From the NCBI RefSeq assembly GCF_018350175.1, contig NC_058382.1:49416001-49480000 (forward strand): a stretch of DNA of 64,000 bases, given 5' to 3'. Under the pieces are notes generated by a model. That model had not been told where the DNA came from. It saw nothing but the letters and a program-made list of their open reading frames with translations, and made no database searches. The position numbers were made by a program, and so were the translations under genes. Positions 49,270-62,299 of this stretch are shown piece by piece; position 1 is the stretch's first letter; the number at the start of each line of letters is the position of its first letter. The stretch is from Felis catus. Taxonomy: Eukaryota.

Positions 49270-50330
49270 CACTTTCTTGGCTAAGCCACAGCTCTGGTTA
49301 AATCCACGTGTCTGCCTACTCTGTGGGTGTTCTCCTGGGCTGGAGGAAACACCCAGCATGTTTGCAGACCTCACTCTTAGCTCACGATCAGTCATCTCAA
49401 GCAGGCCTTGAATGCTGCCAAGGAATCCTGCCGTATTTCCACAGCTCATTCATTCTCCCACCGTCCTAGAGGACTAGTCCCTGCCTTCCCCTCTCTTCTC
49501 AAAACTCCTTTCTCAGCCTTTGCTGATGACCTTACTTCCCGTTTCATCAAGGAAACAAGTTCCTGCCACTCACTACTGTATCTCTCCACCTGCTTGCATC
49601 TCTGCTGCCTTTCCTTTTCCTGTAACTTACTAGGAGGTCTGATCCGTCCGTGTCCTGGTAAGGGCCAGGGCCTCACTTGTGCACCAGATTTCATTCCTGC
49701 TTGCTGAGTCAGGAGCATTGCTGTAGCCGTCCTCCTCTCTGTCTCCAAAGTGTTGCTTCTCTGGTGGCACATTCTATCAGCCTGCACACCGTTCCTGTTT
49801 CTTCCATCTTGAAAACAGTAACAGATCCTCTTGATTCTACTTCTCCAAATACTACCCCATTTCGCTGCTTCCTTTTATGGCAAATTCCTTAAGAATTCTC
49901 TTTCCTTGATTGATTTTTCTCCTTCCAGTCTCTTCGAACCCTCTCCACTCAGGTATTTGCCCACACTGCTGAAGCGAAACTGCTCCAACAAGGTCACTGA
50001 GGACCTTTGTGTTGCCAAATCCAATAATTCCTTCTCAGTTCTCAATTTGGGAAGGCCAGCTGCATTTGGTCTCCTTGAAACATTGTCTTCACTGGCTTCC
50101 AAGATGCCACCCTCACCTAGCTTTTTTCCCACCTCTCACTGACCTCATATCCTTTGCTGATTCCTCCTCAGTCTTCCTGTCTCTAATGTTGAAAGGCATG
50201 GGGGCTCAGTCTTTGGACTACTTCTCATTCTTTTGTGTATCACAACCTTGTGAAGTCTTCGAGGTTAGTGGTTATAAGTACCGTGTGTATGCTGATGACT
50301 CCAAAATTTATTCTCCGACTCAACAGCTCC
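49270..50330 (+). mobile_element. L2 ORF2-region remnant
   Basis: L2 motifs gctgatgaccttacttccc, aaggtcactgaggacctttgtgttgccaaatccaa and tatgctgatgactccaaa (the YADD region). Confidence 0.75.
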
Positions 50331-50339
50331 CTTGGTCTT

Positions 50340-51503
50340 TTTTAATTTAACTGCTTTATTGATATATAATTCACATGCCATACAATTCACTCATTTAAAA
50401 TGTATAATTCAGTGATTTGTTAGTGCATTGAGGATTGTGCAACCATCACCACAATCAATTTTAGAACATTTTCATTACCCCGAAAAGAAACCCCATAACC
50501 ATCACAGTGACTGTGTTTCCCTCAATGTACCCCAGCCTTACACAACTACTCATCTATTTTCTACCCATTTGCCTATTCTAGACATTTCATAGAAGTGGAA
50601 TCATACAAAGTGTGTTTTTTTATACCTGATTTCTTTCACTTAGCTTGTTTTTTCAAGGTTAATCTGTGTTACAGCCTGTATTAATCCTCCATTCCTTTTC
50701 GTGGCTGAATAACATTCCATGGTATGAGTATCACATTTCGTCTGTCTGCTCATCAGTTAATGGACATTTGGGTTCGTCCCACTTCTTGGCCATTAAGAAC
50801 AACAGTACTATGGACACGCAAGTACAAATTTTTGTGTGAACGTACGTTTCGTTTCACCTGGGCCTATACCTGGAATTGCTGGGTCATATGGTAACTGTGT
50901 TTGATGTTTTTTTTTTAATTTTTTTTTTTTTAATGTTTATCTTTGAGAGAGAAACAGACAGAACGTGAGTGAGGGAGGGGCAGAGAGAGGGAGACACAGC
51001 CCGATGCAGGGCTTAAACTCACAAACCACAAAATCACGACCTGAGCTGAAGTCGGACACTTAACCGACTTAGCCACCCAGGCACCCCTATGTTTGATATT
51101 TTTTAGGAACTCCACGCTGTTTTTCAGATAAACTGCAGCATTTCACATTTCCATCCAGAGTGTATGAGGGTTTTGATTTTTCTGCATCCTCGCCAATACT
51201 TGTTATTATCTGTCTTTGATAGTAACATCCTAGTAGTTCTGAAGTGGTATCTCATTATGGTTCTAATTTGCATTTTCCTAAGGATGTTGGGTATCTTTTC
51301 ATGTGTTTGTTGGTTGGTCCTTCATATATCTTCTTTGGAGAACTATCTATTCAAGTCCTTTGCCAGTTTTTTAATTGGATTGTCTTTTGTTGAATTGTAA
51401 AATTTCTTTGTATATTTTAGATACTAATCCCTTATCGGATACAGAATTTGCCAAACTTTCTCCCATTGTGTTGTCTTCATTTTCTTGATAGGGCTTTTTA
51501 AAA

Positions 51504-51545
<42 letters not shown>

Positions 51546-53100
51546 TTAGAGAGCGAGCCAGCGAGTATGCATGTGTATGTGGTCAGCAGGACGGACAGAG
51601 GGAGAGGGAGAGAGAGAGAATCTAAAGCAGCCTCTACATTGAGCACTGAACCCAACCTGGGGCTCAATCCCATGACTCTGGGATCATGATTATGGTCCAA
51701 AATCAAGAGTTGGATGCTCAACTGACTGAGCCACCCAGGAGCCCGTCTTGATACGGCTTTGAGGCACAAAAGTTTTTTAATTTTGATGAAGGCCAATTTT
51801 GTTGTTGTTGTTATTACTTGTGTTGTTGGCATATTTAAGAAATTATTGCCTAATTCTGGGTCACAAAGATTTACCCTGTGTCTACTTACAAGAATTTTAT
51901 AGTTTTAGTTTTTATGCTTAGGTCTTTGATCCATTTTGCATTAATTTTAGTGTCGAATGTGAGGTAAGGGTCCAACTTCGTTCTTTTGCACAGGGACATC
52001 CCCTTGTCTTGGCACCACTTACTGAAAACACCATTCTTTCTCAACTGAATGGTCTTGGCACCCCTCTTAAAAGTCCATTGACCTATAGATATATCGGTTT
52101 ATTTCTGTACTCTCTTCTGTTCCATTGGTCTATATGTTTATCCTTATACCAATATTACTGTCTGGATTATTGTAGTTTTGTAGTAAATTTTGAAATCAGG
52201 AAATAGGAGCCCTTTAACTTTGTTCTTTTTAAAGATTGTTTTGGCTATTTGAAGTTGCTTGCAATTTCATTTGAATTTAGGATCATTTTACCCATTTCTG
52301 TGAAAAAGGCAGTTGGGATTTTGATAGGGATTGCACTGAATCTCTAGATTAATTTGAAGAGTATTGCCATCTGAACAATATCAGGTCCTTCAGTGAATGA
52401 ATATGGGATGTCTTTCCATTCATTTAGATCTTCCTTAATTTCTTTCAGCCATGTTATATAATTTTCAGCGTACAAGTCTTACACTTCCTTTCAGTGTTCA
52501 TTTTTGCCCTTAGTGTTTCAGCAACAAATGTTGCAAAGATTATCCTTTCCCTTACCGAATTACCGTGGAACCTGTATAGAAATTCTGTCGACCATGTATG
52601 TGTGGGTCCACATCTGGACTGTATTCTCGTTCTGCTCTTTATGACTGTCCTAATGCCAGTACCTTACGCTTGATTTCTGTGGTATTAAAAGTAAGTCTTG
52701 AAATCAAGTGTTGTAAATCCTCTTCCTTATACTTTTTAATGGGTTAGGGTATTCTCGACCTTTACATTTCCATACACATTTTCTTTTTTTTTTTTCCCCA
52801 TATACATTTTAGAATGGGCTTATAAATTTCTAGGGGAAAAAAAGCCTGCAGGAATTTTGATTTGGATTGAATGAAATTTATGAATAAATTTGAGGAGAAT
52901 TAACATTTTAATATTGCGAATTCCAATCCATAAAAGCGTATTTCTTTGCGTTTATTTAAGTGATCTTTATAATCTCAGCGGTGTTTTGTAGTGTTAGAAT
53001 AAAAGTGTTGCATACATTTTTAAACACTTCTCTTTAAAAAAATTTTTTTTAAATGTTTGTTTATTTTTGAGAGGCAGAGACAGAGTACGATCAGGGGAAG

Positions 53101-53136
<36 letters not shown>

Positions 53137-53589
53137 CACAGAATACAAAGCAGGCTCCAGGCTCTGAGCTGTCAGCATAGAGCCTGACTTGGGGCTCAAA
53201 CCCATGAACTATGAGATCATGACCTGACCTGAAGTCGGATGCTCAACTGACTGAGCCACCCAGGAGCCCGCAAACATTTATTTTCAAGTATTTCATGGTT
53301 TTTTTTTTAATTTTTAATATTTATTGATTGATTGATTGATTGATTGTGAGGAGCACCAGCAGGGGAGGGGCAGAAGGAGAGGGAGAGAGAGAATCCCAAG
53401 TAGGCTCCACACTCAGCACAGAGCCTGACGTGGGGCTGTATCCCACGGCCCTGGGATAATGAGCAGAAATCAAGTGTTGGATGCTCAACCAAATAAACCA
53501 TCCAGGTGTCCTTTCATGTTTGTTTTTCAAAAAAATTTTTAAATTATTTGTAATAAACTATACATAACATAAAATTTACTGTCTTAACC

Positions 53590-53632
<43 letters not shown>

Positions 53633-56600
53633 TTTCAAATGCTTATTTATTTTTGAGACAGAGAAGAGGGTCAGAGAGAGAGGGGGAGACAGACTCTGAA
53701 ACAGGCTCCAGGCTCTGAGCTGTCAGCAGAGAGCATGACGCGGGGCTCGAACTCACAGACCGTGAGATCATGACCTGAGCTGAAGTCAGAAGCTCAACCG
53801 ACTGAGCCACCCAGGCGTCCCTTAACCACTTTTAAATGTACAGTTCAGTGGTAGTGGTTGTGTGCCCAATCTCCAGAACCTTTTCGTCTTGCAAAACTAA
53901 AACTCTGTACTTGTTAAACGATTCCCTACTTCTCCTTCACCTAGTCCTTGGCAACCACTATTCTACTTTCTGTTTCTATGAGTTTGACCACTCTTGCTAC
54001 CTCATATAAGTAAAATCATGGTATTTGTCTTTTTGCAACTGGCTTACTTCACTTAGCATGATATCCTCAAGGTTCATCTGTTTTGTAGCAAGTGCCAGAT
54101 TATTTTTCCTTTTTAAGGCTGATTAATATCCCATCACATGTATATACATCACATGTATATACCACAGTTTGTTTAGCCATTCATCCATTGCTAAGCACTT
54201 GGGTTGCTTCATCTTTTGGCTCTTGTGAATAATGCTGCTGTGAACATGAGTGTACAAACATCTCTTCCAGACCTTCCTTTCAGTTGTTTTGTATGTGTAC
54301 TCAGAAGTGGTATTGCTGGATCTTATGGTAATTCTATTTTTAATTTTTTGAAGAACTGCCATCCTGTTGTCCATAGTGACTGCACCAGTTTACATTCCTG
54401 CCAGCAGTGTGCAAGGGCTCCCTTTTCTCCACATCCTTGCCAGCATTTGTTTCCTCTTGTCTTTTGGATAACAGACATTCCAACAGGTGTGAAGTGATCT
54501 CTCATTATGGTTTTGATTTGTATTTCCCTAATGATTAGTGATGTTGAGCATCTCTTCATCTCTTGTTGGCTATTTGTACATCTGCTTTGGAGAAATGTCT
54601 ATTTAAGTCCTTGGTCTATTTTTAGATTGTATTTTGTTTTTGTTGAATTGTAGAAATTCTTTATATATTCTGGTTATTAACCCCTTATAAGATATATGAC
54701 TTGCAGATATTTATTCCCATTCAGTATATTGCTTTTTAACTCTGTTGTATCCTTTGATGCACAGTTTTTAATTTTGATGTGGTCCAATTTATCTGTTTTT
54801 ACTTTTGTTGCCTGTGCTTTTGGTATCCTATCTTTTGATGCTATTTTTTTGAAACTTTATTTTCCTATACCAGTTTGTTGCTAGTCTATATAAATGCAAT
54901 TGATTTTTATATATTGTTCTTATATCCTATGACCTTGCTAAATTAATTATTAATTAGCAACATTTGTGTAGTCCATAGAACTTTCTACACACATCATTAC
55001 ATTATCTGTGAATCAAGACTTTACTTCTTTTCACATCCCTATGCTTTACTTCATTGCCCTGGCTAGGATCTCCAATACAGTGTGTTGATTACAAGTAGTG
55101 ACACAGATATCTTTGGGTTGCTCCCAGTCTTAGGCGGAAGTGTTCAGTATTCCGTTATTAAGTATGATGGTATCTGTACATGTTTCATAAAGTTTCTTTC
55201 TGTTTCTAGTTTGCTGAGAGTCGTTATTACCAATGATTGTTGAATTTTGTCAAATGCTTATTGTCTGTCTATGGATGAACATAGGATTTTTCTCCTTTAT
55301 TCTATTAATATGACAAACAGTATATTTCAGTTTGTTCGTGTTTATTTCAGTTTATTGAAATTTTGTTGAGGATTTCTGCTTTTATGTTTATCAGTAGTAT
55401 TTATAAATTTTTTCCCATGCAATAATATATATTATTTTATATATATTATGAATATATTTTATATATTTAAATAATATTAAAATATATATATTTATATATA
55501 TATTTATTTTTTTTTGAGAGAGAGAGCATGCACACACAAGTGAGGGAGGGGCAGGGGAAGAGAGAGGGAGAAAATCCCAAGCAGGCTCCACGTTCATTGT
55601 GGAGCCCGACCAGCACAGGGCTCAATCTCACGACCTACCTGGAGATGGTGACCTGAACCAAAATCAAGACCCAGATGACACTCAACTGACTGAGTCACCC
55701 AGGCGCCCCTCCATGCGATATTTTGGTCTTGTTTTGGTATCAGTAATGTTGGCCTCTTGCAACAAGTTGGGTAGTGCTTCTTTTCTATTTTCTAGAACAT
55801 GTTGTAGAGTATTTTTCTTTTTTTCTTAAATGTTTGATAGAATTCACCAATAAAGCCTTTTGAGCCTGGAGTTTTCTTTATAGGTATAGAGCTATTCAGG
55901 TTATGTATTTCTTACTTACCAAGTAAGCTTCAGTAATTTGTCTTTTTCATGTAATTTGTCCATTTCGTCTAATTTGTTGAATTTAGCAACAACATTGTTA
56001 TTATGCATGTTATTATTGGCCGAAAGCTGTTTGCTGTGTTTCCTTTTCCTTTTTCTGACTATAAGGATGTTTAGGGATGACTCATCTTTCATTCCTGACA
56101 TTGGTAATTTGTGCCTTTTTTCTGATTAGTCTAGCTAGAGGTTTATCAATTTTATTAATTGTTTCAGTGAGCCAGATTTTGGTTTCATTGATTCAATTAC
56201 TATATTGTTTTCTGTCTTCTGTTTTGTTGATTTCTGCTTTTTATTTCATCCTTCTTTCAGTTTAATTGGCTCTTCTTTCTTTAGCTCCTAAAGATTAAAG
56301 TTTAGATCATTAATTTTAGACTTTTCTTCTTTTCTCCTATAAGCATGTAAAACTGTAAATTTCCCTGTCAACAGTGTTTTATTTATTTTTTGTATTATGT
56401 ATTCCATAAATTTTCATATATTGCTTTTCTTTTTGTCCATTTCTATGTATTTTCTAATTTTCTCTGATTTTCTTTCTATAACTCACAGGTTATTAGAAGC
56501 ATCTTATTTAATTGCCAGATATTTGAGGGTTTTCCAGATATCTTTCTGTTGTTAATTTTGGTTTAATTCTGTTGTGATTAGAAAACATACTTTGTATGAC

Positions 56601-58370
56601 TTAAGTCCTCTTAAAAGTTTTCCATTAAGTTTTTATTTTAATTCTAGTATTGTTAACATACTGGTTCAGGTGTACAGTATAGTGATTCAACCATTCTGTA
56701 TGTTACTCAGTGCTCATCGTGACAAGTGCACTCTTAGTCCCCTTCACCTATTTCACCCATCCCCCCCACCTCCCCTCTGGTAACTGTTATTCTGTTCTCT
56801 TTAGTTAAGAATCTCTCCCTTTGTCTCTTTCTCTCTCTTTTTTTCCTTTGCTCTTTGTTTCTTCACTTCCACATATGAGTGAAATCGTATGGTATTTGTC
56901 TTTCTCGGACTTATTTCGTTAAGCATTATACTCTCTAGCTCCATCCAAATCATTGCAAATGAATCCTCTATAAATTTTTTGAGATTTGTTTTGTGACTCA
57001 GAATGTGTTCTCGCTTGGTGAATGTTCCACAAGAATATGAAAAGAAAAGTCTTTTCTGCTTTTAGGTGGATTTTCTATCAATGCCAGATCAATTTGGTTG
57101 ATAGTGTTTTTCAAGTCTTCTGGAATTATTCTGATGTTCTGTCTACTTGTTTTATCAGTCACAGAGGAAAATGTTAAAATCTTTAGAAATACTTGTAGCC
57201 AATCCAGCTTTCTTTTGCTTAGTGTTTGCATGGTTATTTCAATCTTTTTACTTTTAACCTATCTATATCTTTGTATTTAATCCTATTTAAAGTAGATTTC
57301 TTAGTGAAAGCATATAATTTTGTGTTGCTTTTTAAAAAAATTTTTTTTTCAACGTTTATTTATTTTTGGGACAGAGAGAGACAGAGCATGAACGGGGGAG
57401 GGGCAGCGAGAGAGGGAGACACAGAATCGGAAACAGGCTCCAGGCTCCGAGCCATCATCAGCCCAGAGCCCGACGCGGGGCTCGAACTCCCGGACCGTGA
57501 GATCGTGACCTGGCTGAAGTCGGACGCTTAACCGACTGCGCCACCCAGGCGCCCCTGTGTTGCTTTTTTAAATCCAGATTATCTTTGCCTCTTAACTGGA
57601 ATGTTTGCATTTAATGCAGTTATCAATATAATTGGGTTTAAGTTGATCATCTTATTTTTTATCTTTTGCTCTTTTTTTTTGTTTTATTTATTTTTTGTTT
57701 GTTTTATTTTTTCCTCTTTTCCTGACTTCATCTGGACTAAGAGAATTTTTAAAAATTTTTTGGGGCGCCTGGGTGCTCAGTCAGTTGTGTCCCACTTTGG
57801 CTCAGGTCATGATCTCTCAACGGTTCATGAGTTCAAGCCCTATGTCAGGCTCTGTGCTGACAGCTCAAAGCCTGGAGCCTGCTTCAGATTCTGAGTTTCC
57901 CTTTCTCTCTCTGCCCCACCTCCACTTGTGCTCTCACTCTCTCTCTCAAAAATAAACATTAAAAATTAAAAAACATTTAAAAGTATATTTATTTATTTAT
58001 TTTTGAGAGAGAGCAAGCAAGCTGAGGAAGGGCAGAGAGAGAGGGAGACAGACAATCCCAAGCAGTCTCCACGCTGTCAGCACCGAGCCCCACGCGAGCC
58101 TCAATCTCATAAACCATGAGATCATGACCCAAGTCGAAATCAAGAGTCAGACCCTTAACTAACTGAGCCACCCAGGCACCCCTGGACTGATAGAATTTTG
58201 TATTATTACTTTTTATCTCCAATATGAGCTTATTAGCTTTTTACCTCTTTGGTTTATTTTATTAGTGGTTGCTCTAGGTTTTACCATACACATCTTTAAC
58301 TTATCACAGTGTACCTTCAGTTTGTGTTTTATCACTTCATATACTGGGTGAGAACTTTGCAACAATGTTC
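50340..58370 (-). mobile_element. About 8 kb of nested L1s (L1MB-like 50340-52480 and 53540-54830, carnivore L1 3' end 56620-56960, older L1 scaffold) with SINEs: minus 50905-51087, 51495-51744, 53035-53269, 53300-53511, 53590-53821, 55500-55709, 57334-57555 and 57985-58182; plus 57762-57965
   Basis: ORF 54323-54559 gives [51 protein letters not shown], from L1 ORF2. Several L1 3' ends and SINE TSDs are visible. Confidence 0.85.
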
Positions 58371-59645
58371 TCTTATTTACTTGCTTGCCCCAGAAGATCT
58401 CTAAGTCCTTTACCACTGCCACCAAGTTCAGCCCTTGTACCTGAGAGGAGAATGAACAAACAGGCCCAAAATGATGAAATGCAGATTTCACACTTCATGT
58501 AGCAGACATAAGATCTTGAACAAGTCATATAAAGTTGAGACCTGAAAAGCAGATATAGTCTCATTTTTTTCGTTCTGTGATTTCAGTGGCTAAAAGAGTG
58601 AGGGAAAGTTCAGTGTAACAGAGACAGGTGAAGACTGAGCTATAATTAGCAGGAGGCTGCCATTAGCAGTTTAATGCCAGTTAAAGTAGGAGATTCTGTT
58701 TACCACCTTATGTAAGAATCAGGAAGGATTCCATTGAGTATCATCGGTTTCCTAAATCTTAACAGAACTAAGCTCCTCTACCTGCCGGCATCCTTCTGAA
58801 TGTGAAGACTGTTTACCCTGCTTGAACGAAAGCTTCCTCTCTCTCAAGCAGTAGACTCCAGGACTTGTTACTTCCCAACGCTGAAGTGTTCAGTAGCCAG
58901 CTCTCAGTTGTGAGTTGAGATCATTAAGACTCACATAGCTGCTTTGGGCTTAGAGCTCATCTCTGCAGTTCTCCTTTTAAGGATCCATCTCTAAATGAGC
59001 ACGGCCTGTTCTCTGGCAGCTAAGTTATCTGCTTTCTCATCCAAAGAGCTTTGGACAACCTGTCCAGAAACATAGAAGCAACTTCGTTCATTTTCTTTCT
59101 CAGATAGTTGACATTTCAAATGCTTAAAAGGGACAGTAATACCTGCGTGGTACTTGGATGAGTAGGATTTGTCCAGTGTACCTGGATGGTATACGTGTAT
59201 GTGTACATACATCTGTTTAATTCCCTTGAGCACTGTTAGGTGAGCTATATGTGACTTTGTTTATTGTATTTGCTTAGAGTACATTCGAGAAAATCCTAGG
59301 GCTATACAACGCTTTATACAACATTGACTTGGGAGGGAAGAGAGAAGAGAAACATGAACTTGACATTTCTTGAGTGTTTGTTCTGGACCAGGCTTCCCAT
59401 CTTACAGATGGGAAATGGCAGACCCAGGATTTCAATCTGCGTGACCCCAGCATCATCTTTTGCAGCCTTTGTCATGGGTGGCATTTTAAATATGATTAGG
59501 TACACATTTTCTTTCCTATTACAAAATTAACATGAGGTGCTGGTATTTAGAGGGAAGAGCAGAATGGATGACACTGTTGAAATCCACATCTTCAAGATCT
59601 CTTGTTCCTTCTGTTGCAGCTAACTCTTAAGAGTAGAACCACTTT

Positions 59646-59868
59646 GGGGCGCCTGGGTGGCTCAGTCAGTTGAGCGACCAACTTCGGCTCAGGTCATGAT
59701 CTCACGGTTTGTGAGTTGGAGCCCCGCGTCGGGTTCTGTGCTGACAGCTCAGAGCCTGGAGCCTGCTTCTGATTTTGTGTCTCCCTCTCTCTCTGCCCCT
59801 CCCCTACTCACGCTCTGTCTCTCTCTGTCTCAGAAATAAATAAACATTAAAAAAAAATAAGAAAAAAA
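59646..59868 (+). mobile_element. CanSINE
   Basis: TSD AAGAGTAGAACCAC on both sides. Confidence 0.92.
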
Positions 59869-60184
59869 AAGAGTAGAACCACATTGATGGGTTGGTGTGT
59901 AATGGCAGTCCTGTGTTCCATTTGGCCTTAAGAAAGGAATTTAGAAATGTTCATGTAACTTGCTTTTTTAGTATAAAATTTGGAAAACAATAAAGCCTTT
60001 TGTCTACAGATCTGGAAAACTTCAGTGATAAGGAAGCAGATCAGGTCTGTCTTGTGAGTCTTCCCTCAGTAGCTAGATTCAGGCTTCTCCTACCCCTGAG
60101 GTGTAAGTATACCCCATACCTGTTGACTGCAATCTGCATGTCATTTACCTGGAAGAATGTTCGAGAACCAGCTTGAAACCTATT

Positions 60185-60700
60185 TCTGTTGTCTTTTATT
60201 AGGTAACAAAACCAATTCCAAAATCTAATGGCTTAAGACCACAGCCATTTTATATTTGCTCATACTTCTGTGACTCAGGAATTCAGGCAGGGCTCAGCCA
60301 GGCAGTTCTTCTCTGTGTGGCCATAGCAGGGGCATCTCAGGTTGTAGTCAAGAGGGTGACTGGAAGTGGAACATCTATGATGGTTTCACTCATAAGACCA
60401 GTCTGGCACCTTGGTGTGGCTAGGAGGTGTGGCTAGGTGTGGCTAGGAGGCAAGGACCCCTCCTCCACGTGGCTAACTTGGATTTTGTTACATGGCAGCA
60501 GGATTCCAAGAGGGAGCATTCCAAGCAGTGAAGGCATGGCTGCAGTTCTGTCAGGGCCTGGCCTCAGAAGTCACTTCCTCCCCATTCTGTGGGTCAAAAC
60601 AAGAATCTGGGCTAGCCTGGTGATATGGAGAGGGGCCATTGCAGAGGAGCCTGTGGGCCAGACAGTATTGTTGCGACTCTTTAGGAACATAATCTACCAC
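60185..60700. mobile_element. MLT1-like MaLR LTR
   Basis: gtaacaaaaccaattccaaaatctaatggcttaa...caggaattcaggcagggctcagc...cataatctaccac. Confidence 0.7.
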
Positions 60701-60782
60701 CAAATCCTCTCCCTAGAGTGCTTGAACCCCACTCCAGGCCAGTTCAGTCAGAATCTGACAAAACAATGAGGCGCTATTAGGG

Positions 60783-60787
<5 letters not shown>

Positions 60788-60841
<54 letters not shown>

Positions 60842-60850
60842 CGCGCGCGC
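60788..60850 (+). repeat. (TG)n(CG)n compound microsatellite
   Basis: Read directly. Confidence 0.95.
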
Positions 60851-61220
60851 TCGCCCTCCTCTAGGCACGTTTACATTGAGGTCTTCAGTCTGGCTCTTTC
60901 TGGCTCTTGCAATATGGCATTGCAGTGTGCGAGACTACTCCCACTCCTTTGAGCCATACTGATAAGAGAAATTGAAAATAATTTAAGTGCCGTTACATTT
61001 TTTTTCTAGGATGCAGTCCTACTTCTATAAGAATTTCCCCTGTCTGTTCCCACATACACTGATGTTGAGTAGTATTGTTTTTATAATTGTTGAAAAGTAT
61101 GGTGAATTCCTGGTAAGAACGGGGTCTTCTGTGTCTTCTGTAGCTGTGTCTTCGGTGATAGCCCAGGATTAGACTGCAGTAGGTATGCAGGACACTGTAG
61201 AATTGAACCATTAAAAATGG

Positions 61221-61222
<2 letters not shown>

Positions 61223-61252
<30 letters not shown>
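61223..61252 (+). repeat. (CTG)10 triplet repeat
   Basis: Read directly. Confidence 0.95.
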
Positions 61253-61282
61253 AATGTTATCAGTGCCTGTCAGAATTGTGAT

Positions 61283-61528
61283 GTTAAAAAATTTTTTTTA
61301 ATGTTTATTTATTTTTGAGACAGAGAGAGACAGAACATGAATGGGGGAGGGTTCATGAGCCCTCTGAGAGACAGAGCATGAACAGAGAGGGAGATACAGA
61401 ATCTGAAGCAGGCTCCAGGCTCTGAGCTGTCAGCACAGAGCCCGATGCAGGGCTCGAACTCACGGACCGTGAGATCATGACCTGAGCTGAAGTCGGACGC
61501 TTAACCGACTGAGCCACCCAGGCGCCCC
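61283..61528 (-). mobile_element. CanSINE with an internal rearrangement
   Basis: TSD AGAATTGTGAT (61272-61282 and 61529-61539). Confidence 0.9.
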
Positions 61529-62054
61529 AGAATTGTGATCTTATAGATCAAACAATTACACATCCCTTTTAAGAATCCAGAAAAACACGTGATCTTGCAC
61601 TTGAACAGATTTAAAATTAGATTCAACTTGAAAGGTAACCTAAACATGTTTAAAGGAGAAAACATTTTTTTAAATGTGGAAGCACGTTTAGAAACTTTGA
61701 ATAAATTTAATTAACTTCTCCACAAATGACTTCATTTAGAAAGGCCTAAAGTGGAACCCTTCTGACTTTGAACCATTTAAAATATAGGACATTTTCTCTG
61801 TCACTTTCAACACGGGAACACAGATTTTACTCTTGAAACTATGTATTAATGGTCCATGAGAGTGCTGTAGCTCATAGAGTGCTAAACCATGAGATTGATC
61901 AATTATAAGATTCTATCCTGTAAGAGGTATAGATTGCTTGTCCTTCTTTCGTAAAGATTTGAGGTAATCTCTGGTGGGACTTTGCAATCTGTGTTTTTCC
62001 TGTGTGTTCCTGGCGCTCTGTAGGAATGCAGATTTTAAAAAAAGAAGTGCAAAG

Positions 62055-62165
62055 TAATGAACCCCACCCCAGACCTATCTGGGGTAGAGGGATATCTGGG
62101 GTTATCTGTGTTTCAACAGGTTTTCCAAGTGATTCTTACATGTGCTAAAGTTGGAGAACCACTCT
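62055..62165. mobile_element. MER5A-like fragment
   Basis: ccccaccccagacct...tttcaacagg...gtgattcttac..ctaaagttggagaaccact. Confidence 0.7.
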
Positions 62166-62299
62166 TGCAGAGAAATCCATTTCTTAGTTCTCTGCCTGAA
62201 AGTTCCATTTCTTCTACAAAATATCCCAAAAAGATTTTCACAGTATAGGAACCTGCAGTTAGGGCTCTTAAGTAATACAGGTGGTTGGTTGCTGGTGTT

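Noticed and set aside
61218..61320. aaaATGG-initiated MVLLLLLLLLLLNVISAC micro-ORF resembling a signal peptide
   Set aside because: The hydrophobic run is just the CTG repeat, the ORF runs into a SINE tail, and there is no promoter or exon evidence.
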